From positions 61,519 to 81,518 of the forward strand of contig JBNGIO010005690.1 in assembly GCA_049999805.1 (NCBI GenBank): a stretch of DNA of 20,000 nt. The letters are read 5' to 3'. Positions 11,372 to 20,000 of this stretch are shown here, in pieces (positions within the stretch are counted from its first letter, which is position 1; the number at the start of each line of letters is the position of its first letter). A program made the translations under genes and the position numbers. The DNA comes from Folioceros fuciformis. Its lineage: Eukaryota. The notes under the pieces are model-generated. The model was not told the DNA's origin and did not search any database. It worked only from the letters and a program-made list of their open reading frames with translations.

Positions 11372-11707
11372 CGCGCTTGCCTGCCTCCCCTCCCTCCTCG
11401 TCCTGGAGGAGCTTGCCCATGTTCCAAGGAAGCCGAACGCAAACTGCCCTTACATAGGAACAGCATGTTACGCTATTATCCTCTTCTTCTTTCGGTAACT
11501 GGTTGAATCCTTGAAAACCCTATACACTATGTGAGCTTCTCCCTAGCTTTATATATATGTACCTGCATACCGAGATTCGGTGCTGAAATATGGCGGCTCC
11601 GGTGCCCGTCCTGAATCGTGGGCCTCCGAATCACAGGCCTCGGGCCTGGCGGATGTGACGATCCTGGGACGACAGAAGAAAAGTGACAGTCGTACGATCC
11701 TCTGAAG
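11372..11707. promoter_or_regulatory. Short divergent spacer, candidate bidirectional promoter (ATG14 / uncharacterised gene)
   Basis: Only 336 bp between head-to-head start codons; TATATATAT at 11550-11558; site II-like TGGGCC at 11619-11624 plus other GGCC motifs. Confidence 0.5.
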
Positions 11708-14700
11708 ATGGGCTTGAAGATGAAGCCCTCCATGCAGGAATCGCTGAAGCTTGCACAGGGCCCGCTTCTGTGCAACGAAGAGTACATCCGGGCTGTGGAG
11801 GCGGCTGTGGTGGCAGCAGGCAAAGGGGCAGGGAAAGGGGAGCTTGGTAAGGACTGGGGGGCTGCATTGNNNNNNNNNNNNNNNNNNNNNNNNNNNNNNN
11901 NNNNNNNNNNNNNNNNNNNNNNNNNNNNNNNNNNNNNNNNNNNNNNNNNNNNNNNNNNNNNNNNNNNNNTTGCTGGTGGTGAGAAAGAATCCTCCTCTTG
12001 CCCTGTGGTGGGCTTTCAGCTGCGTGGATGGAGGGGTGGTGGGTTTTCTCGCGAGGGGCTTGGATGAGGCTTGCGGGCTTCTGTCCTCCGCCTCCAGCTT
12101 GTTGCTCGCGCTCAAGTCGTTCAGCCTGGGGACTGCGGATCGGGAGACAGCGATCGCGGTTCTGGCCCCGGTGTTGAGCGCCATTTTCCAGGTGATGGGG
12201 GCTGTGAGCAAGTCTGTGGGGCTGCTGGGGCGGGCGGGGCTGCCGGAGGAGGCCGAGGAGGGAGTGGGAAGGAAAAGGAGGAAGATCACCAAAAGGGTGC
12301 GGGACCTGGTCAGAGAAGTTCGCTGCTTTGTGGTGCTGTGCGAGCGATGGGAGGTGGGTGGGTCCGATTTCGGCCCACCCCCTGCTCCAGAGTTCAGGAT
12401 GACGTTTTCGTCCGTCTTGGCTGTGAATGGGGTGAAGGAGGTGGTGCCGCATCCGGCGTCGTTTGTGAAGTTTCCTGTCTGTGCTCGAGCGCGTCGAGCG
12501 TTAGCGGGTGGGGAGGAAGTTTCGGGGAAGACACTGGCTGATATTGTCTGCGCGGAAGTGGTTCTCCTGCAGCTCTTGGTGGAGATCATAGACTGGCGCA
12601 GCAGGCTGAAGAAGCAGAAAAAGGATTTTGAGTCGGGAATCCAAGAGCTGGTAGCAAAGCTCAAGCACATTGCAGTTCATGCCACTGCAGCTGCTAGATC
12701 CTCGGGCGGTTTGGATGCGGCTCTGGAGATGCTTCTTGATCACCATCTGCCTGTCGGGGATGTTCTGGTGTGCTCTGGAAGCTGACTATCAACAGTGGTT
12801 CCTTGCTTGATTTTAGGTTGCGCCATTGTTGTTCGTCTTAACTTGTTTCGGCTGACGCAGGATGCCCAAGAGGAGAACGTTCTTCGGGGAGTGTTATATG
12901 AAGCGGTCTTGGTTGAGCCTCCGTTTAGTGCAACGTCGAAAGTGAAATCGACTACCCGGCAGCAGCCTATAACGTTTCTGAGGAGGCTGGCTGTTGCCAG
13001 GCTTGCAGTTGCTTGGTTCAGGTAGGGAGAGATGGTGGTTTTCTCGTAGTTAGTGTATTTGTGCTGAGTGTTTCGTCAAGTAAGAGTTGAGCAGTGCGTA
13101 TTGAAAGTGTCTGTTCTAATGCCCACCAGGTCGAAGAACGAAGGTACCAGGGCAGCTTCCCTTGAAGAGAAGATGATGTTGACGGTGGTACCTCCTCATG
13201 TTTTGGAGTGGGCCAGAGCCCTGAAGACGGACCGAAAGCCTTCCTCAGAAGTTGTGCGAGATAATAAATCAGTCCTGGGTAGGAGTGGGTTGTGTTCTTT
13301 TGAATTCTGAGGGTTACGTTGGTCTGTGACACTTTCTTTGATGTTTGAAAGCAGTGGCTGACAATTGGTTGTGCCTGTCAGGTTGGCTTCTGAAGTCTAC
13401 GGATGATGCGTCGTTCAAGGAGTTTCTGGAGGAAGAGGAGAAATCCGTGACCTGTCTTGATGTTTTCGATGCAGTAGAGGCTGGGAGCAGAAAAGAAACC
13501 TTCTTCTATGACAGGGAAGGTGAGCTGATCGGATCCCGTGAGGAGGAGGAGGAGTTGCCATTGGAAGATGCAGATAGAGCTTTTGCCTCTGCTGCGGATA
13601 GCATCAAGCAATCCCATGAGCCTGTGCTGGGTCGAACGACATCTGAGGAAGTAATTGAATCAGCTTCCGACTCGAGTGATGATGGGGGTGAGGCTGGTGA
13701 TAAGATGGAGGATGACGATACTGCAGAGAAGCCAAGTACTCTGAAAAGGCCCCGACAAGAGCGTTCTTCCACAGCAATTGTGTTAAGTTCAACAGACGAG
13801 AGCGATGAGATCACCGAGATGTCTGCCAGGAAAGCCAAAAAGTTAAGACGTGAGGAAAGTGAGGTCCTCCGTGGTGGAAGTGACGTAGGCTTGACAGGCG
13901 TGTCGATTGATTATGTGAAAGACCAAGTGGAGGAGCTGCAATCCACGAAGTTGGGTGCGGAGGTAAAAGACAGTTCTATGGTGGACTTGACAGATTCTTC
14001 TGGACTGCTGACCGCACCGGAGAGCCAAGGAGACGACGTCTCACCCGATGTAGGGCAGAAGGCATCTGAGTCGGCCGTTGTGGAGCAAGACCAAAGCAGT
14101 CCGGCAGCGTGTGCCCCAAGTGAAAGTAAACCCAAGGCAGAGGACGTTGCTGATGGTCTTGGGACTACCGAGGACAGTAATTGTAAGCAGGGGGACGATC
14201 CTGGTCGTGAGACTTCGATTGACCTCATTGAAGTGTCGACCCCACTGAAACGGGGAAGGGTGACCAGGAAAGGCGGGAGTACACCCAAGCCTTCTAGAAA
14301 AACAGCTTCAAAGCAAAATGGAGGCTTAGAAGTTGTGGTGACTCCAAAGAAGGAATACATGACAAGATCCAAGCAAGAAGCTGATGGTAACTCACGCCGA
14401 GAGATTCCAACAACCTCCACTGAATGCTACCCTGAACAAACTATCGACGCACATGGCGATGCACCCGATATTGTGACTGTATCTGAGGAGAAGAGACAGT
14501 CTCCAAGGCCGAAAGGGAAAGACCAGTCAGTCAGTCCATTGCCTTCATCCAGAACAGCATCTCAAGACGGAGTAATGAGTCCTGCCCCATCTGTGAAAGA
14601 AGGGCCTGTTCCCGGAAATCAAGAGCGACACGGTGATGATACCCCTCAACCTGTGCCTGGCGTGGATGCTTTTTCAACCCCTCTTGCAGGTACTAGACGA

Positions 14701-14865
14701 AGAAAGCGGCTAGCGGACGTAGAATTGTCAGCTTCAATAGAACCTCGGGTCACAAGAAGTGGGAGAATACTGGGCCTGACACCGACCGTGGATAGGAGTA
14801 GCAAGAAGAGTAGGAAGGGAAAGCCACTTATTCTTGAGCCATTGTTGGACACAACAACTGAATGA
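11708..14865 (+). CDS. Uncharacterised plant protein: helical N-terminal domain plus about 450-aa disordered acidic/basic tail with NLS-like clusters; 4 exons; crosses an assembly gap
   Basis: Exons 11708-(gap)-12767, 12861-13021, 13130-13278, 13382-14865 splice in frame (…HHLPVGDVL|DAQEENVLRGVLYEAVL…AWFR|SKNEGTRAAS…VLEW…G|WLLKSTDD…). Motifs PPLALWWAF, IAVLAPV, LADIVCAEVVLLQL and LEMLL..LPV resemble, from memory, an uncharacterised land-plant family (At5g11780-like); not verified. Confidence 0.7.
11870..11969. other. Assembly gap (100 N placeholder) inside exon 1
   Basis: Run of exactly 100 N; the reading frame differs on the two sides, so the true length is unknown. Confidence 0.99.
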
Positions 14866-15394
14866 AGGTTCTCGGAATAACGGATAAGTGTGCTTCCGGA
14901 AAGATGCCGGAATGATCTTACTGACTAACAATGGGCAATCTGTATTTGGCATTCATCTATTTGTATATAGGTCAGCTAATTTTTGTTCGTCATCCTATTT
15001 ACTCTACCTATACAACTTTATGTTATTCCATATTAATAGACATCCATAAATCACTGTATTTTGTGATGTTGGATTAAATTTACACTATGATATAAATTGA
15101 TCTTTAGATATATCATTTATTCTTATCGAGGGCTTGAGATTTTTAATGTGACACTCTTAAGTGTCACATTATTGTGATGTCCTTCTTCTCGTTGTAATAT
15201 GTTGCATGTTAGTCTTAGTACGCAAGAAGTCTTTCTCAAGATATGACAAGACAAGATGATTTGTTATTATTGAAAAAGAGATGAAAGTCTCGTCCACTCT
15301 AAAGATAGGAGAAACAACCAAAGCAAGCCGAAAGAAAACCTAAACCCTAAACTTGATATAAGGAACAACTCAATCATTATTTTCTATTATTCCA

Positions 15395-16429
15395 GGACTC
15401 CCTCCTAGAAAAGCAATATGGCCAAGCAGCAAGAGCCCCTTCTTTCCAACTCATTCATCCCTTAGTCTTCTCGAGCTCCTATTCTTTCTTATTCAAGTAA
15501 AGGAGCAGGCTCTTGGCTTTTGTCTTGACCTTGCATCCAGGCGTTTGGAATCACATCAGCAATTTTTACCACCGCAAAGAGATTTTGCTTAGCTTTGACC
15601 CACCCCTTGACTTTTTCTCTTTCGACATGCAGTTGTGGGGTTGCCATTGTCGATGCAGGGTCCCATTTGGCACGTCCCATTAGGGATCGTCGCATTGCCA
15701 CCCATGATGCTGTTCGAGATGTCATGTTCTCAATGGCTAGGGAGTGTGGGTTTCTTCCGTATAGGGAGCGTCCATATACTTTGTCTAAGGGGAATAGGTT
15801 TGTGTCGTTGGTGTGGTTGTTCCAGATCCCATTAGGGCTCCAACCTATGAGCATGGTTGATGATCGCATCATCAACCCCCTCCCTGGTTGGATGGCGGAG
15901 GGTTGAGCAAGCACTAATGTTCATAAGTATTCTCCCCTGCCGAAGGGGCATACTTTCATCTCTCTTGCTCTTGAGACTCATGGAGCTACAGGCAAGGACT
16001 TTTCAAGGTTTATCAAGGAGTGCACCAAGATTTATTAGAGTCATAGGAATAGTGTTCTCCCTCTTTCCTCTATGAAGGCCTTCTTTTCAAGGTTTATCAA
16101 GGAGTGCACCAAGGTTTATTAGAGTCATAGAAATAGTGTTCTCCCTCTTTCCTATATGAAGGCCTTCTTTCGACAACGTGTATCCATTGCTTTGCAAAGA
16201 GCATTGGCCAATACGATTTTCAGAACAGCAATAAACATAGGTCAAGCGGCTTTTTCGACATCCATGGTAGGTAGGCCTCTTGTTATACCACATCATGACA
16301 TTTTGGGGTAGGTAGTTTTTGAGAATGATATTTCGAATGGGCTAGTACCCCTTTTGGCCTTTGGCCCTACTGGGTTGTTCCTCCAATCTTTGGGGTAGAT
16401 GGGACTTTCCATCTCTTTTTTCAATAATA
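15395..16429 (+). mobile_element. 5'-truncated, decayed non-LTR retrotransposon of the restriction-like endonuclease (CRE-like) type: C-terminal zinc knuckle/REL region plus 3' UTR
   Basis: Frame-broken translation reads SSRAPILSYSSKGAGSWLLS*PCIQAF..FTTAKRFCLALTHP…CSCG…DAGSHLA…RIATHDAVRDVMFSMARECG…E…VDDRIINP…KYSPLPKGHTFISLALETHGATG…FRQRVSIALQRALA. This is the motif order of REL-type LINE C-termini. It has stops and frameshifts and ends in CAATAATA. The 5' boundary is approximate. Confidence 0.8.
16003..16170. repeat. 84-bp tandem duplication inside the LINE remnant
   Basis: 16003-16086 and 16087-16170 (TCAAGGTTTATCAAGGAGTGCACCAAG…GAAGGCCTTCTTT) differ at 3 positions. Confidence 0.95.
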
Positions 16430-16521
16430 GAAAATACATTATTGAAAAAGAGATGGAAAGTCCACTCCATAGATAAGAAGAATAACCCGAGCATGGTCAA
16501 AGGTCAAAAGGGGTACTAGCC
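16340..16521. repeat. Long imperfect inverted repeat (arms of about 85-90 bp) formed by two tail-to-tail copies of the LINE 3' end
   Basis: GGCTAGTACCCCTTTTGGCCTTTG…GGACTTTCCATCTCTTTTTTCAATAAT (16340-16428) pairs with ATTATTGAAAAAGAGATGGAAAGTCC…CAAAGGTCAAAAGGGGTACTAGCC (16438-16521). Confidence 0.9.
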
Positions 16522-16950
16522 TATAAGACAAGGTAAGAGAAAACTCTTAGTCAAGATACCAACGGCTAGAAGAGATACTAACCCTTAAGACAAGGTAAGA
16601 GAACTCTTCGTCAAGATACCGCAAGCCAAAAGGGGTACTAGCCCCTAAGACAAAGGTAAGAGAACTCTTTGTCAAGATACCAAAGGCCAAAAGGGATACG
16701 AGCCTCTAAGACAAGGTAAGAAGAACTCTTCGTCAAGATACCAAAGGCCAAAAGGGTGTTAGCCTCCAAGACAAGGTAAGAAGAACTCTTCGTCAAGATA
16801 CCAAAGGCCAAAAGGGTGTTAGCCTCTAAGACAAGGTAAGAAGAACTCTTCAAGATACGACACGACAAGGTAAGAGAGAATTCTTCGTCAAGATACGACA
16901 AGATAAGGTAAGAGAGAACTCTTAGTTAAGATACAACAAGACAAAACAAG
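16497..16950. repeat. Minisatellite, unit about 60 bp (about 6 copies), decaying into about 35-bp units
   Basis: Unit CCAAAGGCCAAAAGGGTGTTAGCCTCTAAGACAAGGTAAGAAGAACTCTTCGTCAAGATA, near-identical at 16681, 16741 and 16801; shortened GACAAGGTAAGAGAGAACTCTT..CAAGATAC units after 16860. Confidence 0.93.
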
Positions 16951-17501
16951 AGAGAGCTCTCCCACCTTTATTTAAAAGCTAGGGCTTAGCTCAATAATAC
17001 ATTAGTAAATAGTATGCCCATAAATATTATTTTCCAAAATTTGAGTCTTACAAGATTTACAACCACATCATCATCTACAACCCACCTACCTAATTTACAA
17101 CACCTTCTATACGTATTTCCTACAATGTCCTTCATACGAGTGATTATATATTTAAATAATTATTATAATTTAATAATAAATAACCACCTAGTAAAAGGAC
17201 TAATCCTTGTACCCCAATCAAGTTTGTTTTCTCTCTAAGGGTAGATGGGTTTCCAATCTTTCTATTTATGTATGGATGTTTTCTAAATTAGATTGATTTC
17301 ATATATAATTAACAGCATGGCATATCAACAAACCCTTGTTGTGTAAAATCCATGCCAGATCAAACCAGTTAGTAATTTGGGTTTGTCTACAATGATCCAC
17401 GCATCCGATGAGATCCCCGCATACGATGCATACGATGAGAATAGTAGCTTCTAGAATTAGTAATAATTATGCATACTCATCATTTATAACAGTTCACTAT
17501 A

Positions 17502-17690
17502 TTCTACTACTATATTAGTATAGCCTTCCTAGCCTATATAAAGAGACTTACTACTATAGATATTTGAGCTATATATTTGCATACTATATTAGTATAATTT
17601 TCCTAGCTTACATATAGAGCTTACTACTATAGATATTTGAGGTCTACATTCTACTACTATATTAGTATAGTCTTCTTGGCCTATACAAAG
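17502..17690. repeat. AT-rich tandem repeat, 73-74-bp unit, about 2.5 copies, just upstream of the F-box gene
   Basis: ACTATATTAGTAT recurs at 17509, 17583 and 17656; CTTACTACTATAGATATTTGAG recurs once per unit. Confidence 0.85.
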
Positions 17691-17846
17691 GGCCCTTCTC
17701 TAGGTTTATAGTGTTCAACATACTATATAATATGCTTGCATTAGTTTTTTTAGTGTTCAACATATATGTGTTATGCTTGTACCTTTGTATTGAGATAAAA
17801 GATGGATGACATGGAGAACATGGAGTGAGACTTTGATAATGATGGT

Positions 17847-19261
17847 ATGATGGAGGACATGGAGAACCTTGAGGAAAACAGAGAGAGGGCTTCTAATGGC
17901 CATAACATGGAGAGCATAGAGTGGGATTCTAATGATGATGATTTAGATATGGAAAACATAGAGAACATGGAGTTAGACTTTAATGATGAACATGAGATCG
18001 AATCCACTAGTAGTGATGAGTCAGACTTCTTCTTGGCATACAAAGTAGGGCAGAATGTAGAGCTCCCTCTCTCTAATGAGGAAATTTCTACTTCTCATTT
18101 AATAAATCCAAAGTTTGAGAACCAACCTAATAATTATGAGTTTTATGTGATGATTTATTTGTTAAGTGTGGATAATGGGTATGAAAATAATTGCCCTCCA
18201 CTTCCTAGTAGGACATCAAGTGCTCACAATTTTCCACAATTGTCATATGACATAGTAGAAGAAGTGTTGTTGTTATTACCCACTAGATTGCAAACTCGTT
18301 TCCAAGCCATCTCCAAGGATTGGCACATTGTAGTTAATGATGTAGGATTTTCTCATAGAAGCTTTTTACAAGCCTTGGAGTCACATACAACACCACCTCT
18401 ATTGTGTACTCTTTCATTAGGGTACAAAAAACACGATGATCAAACACATGATCACAATAATACTTCAATTATGGGGCATCCAATTGTATACAAGGCCTTG
18501 AAAGTGGATTTATCTTTCTTGCCAGATATGTTTCAAGATAACATATCGTCCGTTACTACAAGTATATGTTCAACATCTGGATTTATGTGCTTATTATATC
18601 AAGTAGCCCAAGGAACGCACGTGTGTGTTGTGAATCCTTTGAACAAGTGCTTTAAACTTTTACCTTTACTTCCGCTTTGGGGCAGTGATGGTAATTTCAC
18701 CCTGTTGATGGACACAAGTACTTCAACAGCAAGGATTCTTAACTTTAAGGTTTTTTTGAGAGGTGTTAGGTCAATTGGGTCTACATTCCCTTTTTCTTAT
18801 GATTCCTATGCCATTTACAATAGCATTAGTGGTGAGTGGAAAGCATTTCATATTGAACATAGGTTACTCATGGATTCGACTTTTTTGTCCTATAATGGAG
18901 GAGTGTATGTAGTAGCTGGTTTGAAACCTCGTAGCGTAGTACAACTTAACACAGAACATGGTCCACGAGTTTTATGGAGTTTGAAACTTCCTCATGATGC
19001 CATGAGAAATCTTGGTATTATGCATTCAGCTACAGTACCCNNNNNNNNNNNNNNNNNNNNNNNNNNNNNNNNNNNNNNNNNNNNNNNNNNNNNNNNNNNN
19101 NNNNNNNNNNNNNNNNNNNNNNNNNNNNNNNNNNNNNNNNGTCATACGCAAACTATGTTGTTGCCTACGATATGGTTGGGCATTCTTGGCGAAAGCTTCC
19201 TAATGCTATTGCACAAGATAATTCGGAGCATTTCCAACCAATGCTCAACTTATTTTTTTAA
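17847..19261 (+). CDS. F-box protein with C-terminal beta-propeller (F-box-associated/Kelch-like) repeats; acidic N-terminal extension; crosses an assembly gap; possibly decaying
   Basis: F-box FPQLSYDIVEEVLLLLPTRLQTRFQAISKDWHIVVNDVGF; propeller motifs ICSTSGFMCL, VCVVNPLNKCFKLLPLLP, YNSISGEWK. After the gap, the frame starting at 19142 reads SYANYVVAYDMVGHSWRKLP…LNLFF* (stop 19259-19261), a better C-terminus than the ORF-track frame ending at 19310. Confidence 0.8.
19041..19140. other. Assembly gap (100 N placeholder) inside the F-box CDS
   Basis: Run of exactly 100 N. Confidence 0.99.
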
Positions 19262-19301
19262 GATTAAGCTAACACACGCATCGCCATTGCCAATCTGCGT
19301 G

Positions 19302-20000
19302 TGTAGCTAACGAGAACGAAGCCGCCTCCAGCCATAGCCGGACGGGGCAGCAGAAACTGACCCAGAAGGTGCCTAACGAGACTCTCCTAAACGAAACAGA
19401 CAACCAGGTTGAAGATAAGTTTAGACTAACGTGACTTTGTGTAGCCTTTAAATCGAATCAGTAATTAACCCTAGATAAACTAACCCCTAAACAAGCATTA
19501 AGCATTTTACTTAGTAATAACTAATTCTAACAAACTTCTAATGGCCCAACAACCCTAGTTGTTGGGCAGGGACGCCTATTTTTTGGCCAGTCCCAAACAC
19601 ATGTACAAGTACGATCACAAAGAAAGACAGCCGGGTCCTATCTCCACCAAGCAAGCCCTCTCGGTGGTAGCATCTATGGTATCAAAGCCACTGTTCAACC
19701 ACTCCCAGGCCCCAGACCACGGATCTAGGAGTCAGCGGATAGGATCGCTGAGGCTAGGCTCAGCCGTACTAGAGGGATGAGGCTCCCCATGATTCAGGAG
19801 CCCCTGGCGTGGCGGAGGGACCAATCTCGACCAAGACTCGGGTCGCCAAGAAGCAATCAGGCCTGCGCCTCGGCGGATGGGGTGTAGGGAGGCAGACTTG
19901 ACCAAAATCATCAGCCAGAAATATGAACGACTACATCCTACCTTCGGAGGGAAACCGACAGATTTCCAGCGGGAGTGAAGGAGAGAATCCACTGGAGGGA
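19302..20000 (+). mobile_element. Probable 5' LTR, tRNA-iMet primer-binding site and leader of an LTR retrotransposon continuing past the window
   Basis: TGGTATCAAAGCCA at 19677-19690 matches the canonical iMet PBS (TGGTATCAGAGCCA) at 13/14. Composition shifts after the F-box stop. The LTR start is uncertain (TGTAGC at 19302 or TGTTG at 19560). No gag motif is visible in the window. Confidence 0.55.

Noticed and set aside
11214..11420. ORF MGKLLQDEEGG… as the ATG14 first exon
   Set aside because: Wrong frame. The Cys-rich ATG14 N-terminus starts at 11371 and splices in frame to exon 2.
10878..11498. 206-aa plus-strand ORF antisense to the first ATG14 exons
   Set aside because: It starts at a non-ATG codon, has no domain features, and is fully explained by minus-strand exons and introns.
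11549..12670. Long antisense ORFs (373 aa and 273 aa) opposite the uncharacterised gene
   Set aside because: They are shadows of a GC-rich exon, inflated by the N gap, and show no recognisable motifs.
1..14865. The six adjacent genes as a functional or biosynthetic cluster, or TrmO as a bacterial transfer
   Set aside because: Their functions are unrelated and close packing fits a compact genome. TrmO has eight spliceosomal introns and is a normal eukaryotic gene family.
16497..16950. Regularly spaced repeats superficially like a CRISPR array, and the repetitive ORF 16638-16901 (-)
   Set aside because: The whole unit repeats with no unique spacers, there are no cas genes, and the context is eukaryotic. 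The ORF is a by-product of a 60-bp unit.
11870..19140. Apparent frameshifts across the two N runs (11870-11969 and 19041-19140)
   Set aside because: The 100-N runs are placeholders of unknown length, so frame changes across them are not evidence of pseudogenisation or recoding.

Overview
Eukaryotic DNA from a land plant with a compact, gene-dense genome and short GT-AG introns (about 80-160 bp). A seed-free plant such as a hornwort or other bryophyte is my inference, not something I can prove from the sequence. Positions 1-14865 hold six tightly packed genes: a Tubby-domain protein with no recognisable F-box (-, runs off the left edge), a TrmO/TsaA tRNA m6t6A37 methyltransferase (+), a 3-ketoacyl-CoA synthase with an intronless CDS (+), cytochrome bc1 subunit QCR7 (+), autophagy PI3K subunit ATG14 (-), and an uncharacterised helical plant protein with a long acidic/basic disordered tail (+, crosses a 100-N gap). 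From about 14950 the sequence turns AT-rich and repeat-derived. It contains a decayed non-LTR retrotransposon of the restriction-like-endonuclease (CRE-like) type, several extra copies of its 3' end, a 60-bp and a 74-bp minisatellite, an F-box/beta-propeller gene (crossing a second gap), and the probable 5' end of an LTR retrotransposon (tRNA-iMet PBS). I see no clearly novel multi-gene system. The best leads are the possibly cilium-type Tubby protein, the REL-type LINE nest with its inverted-repeat architecture, and several local regulatory or motif oddities. All exon models were traced by hand, and family assignments come from remembered motifs, not database searches.
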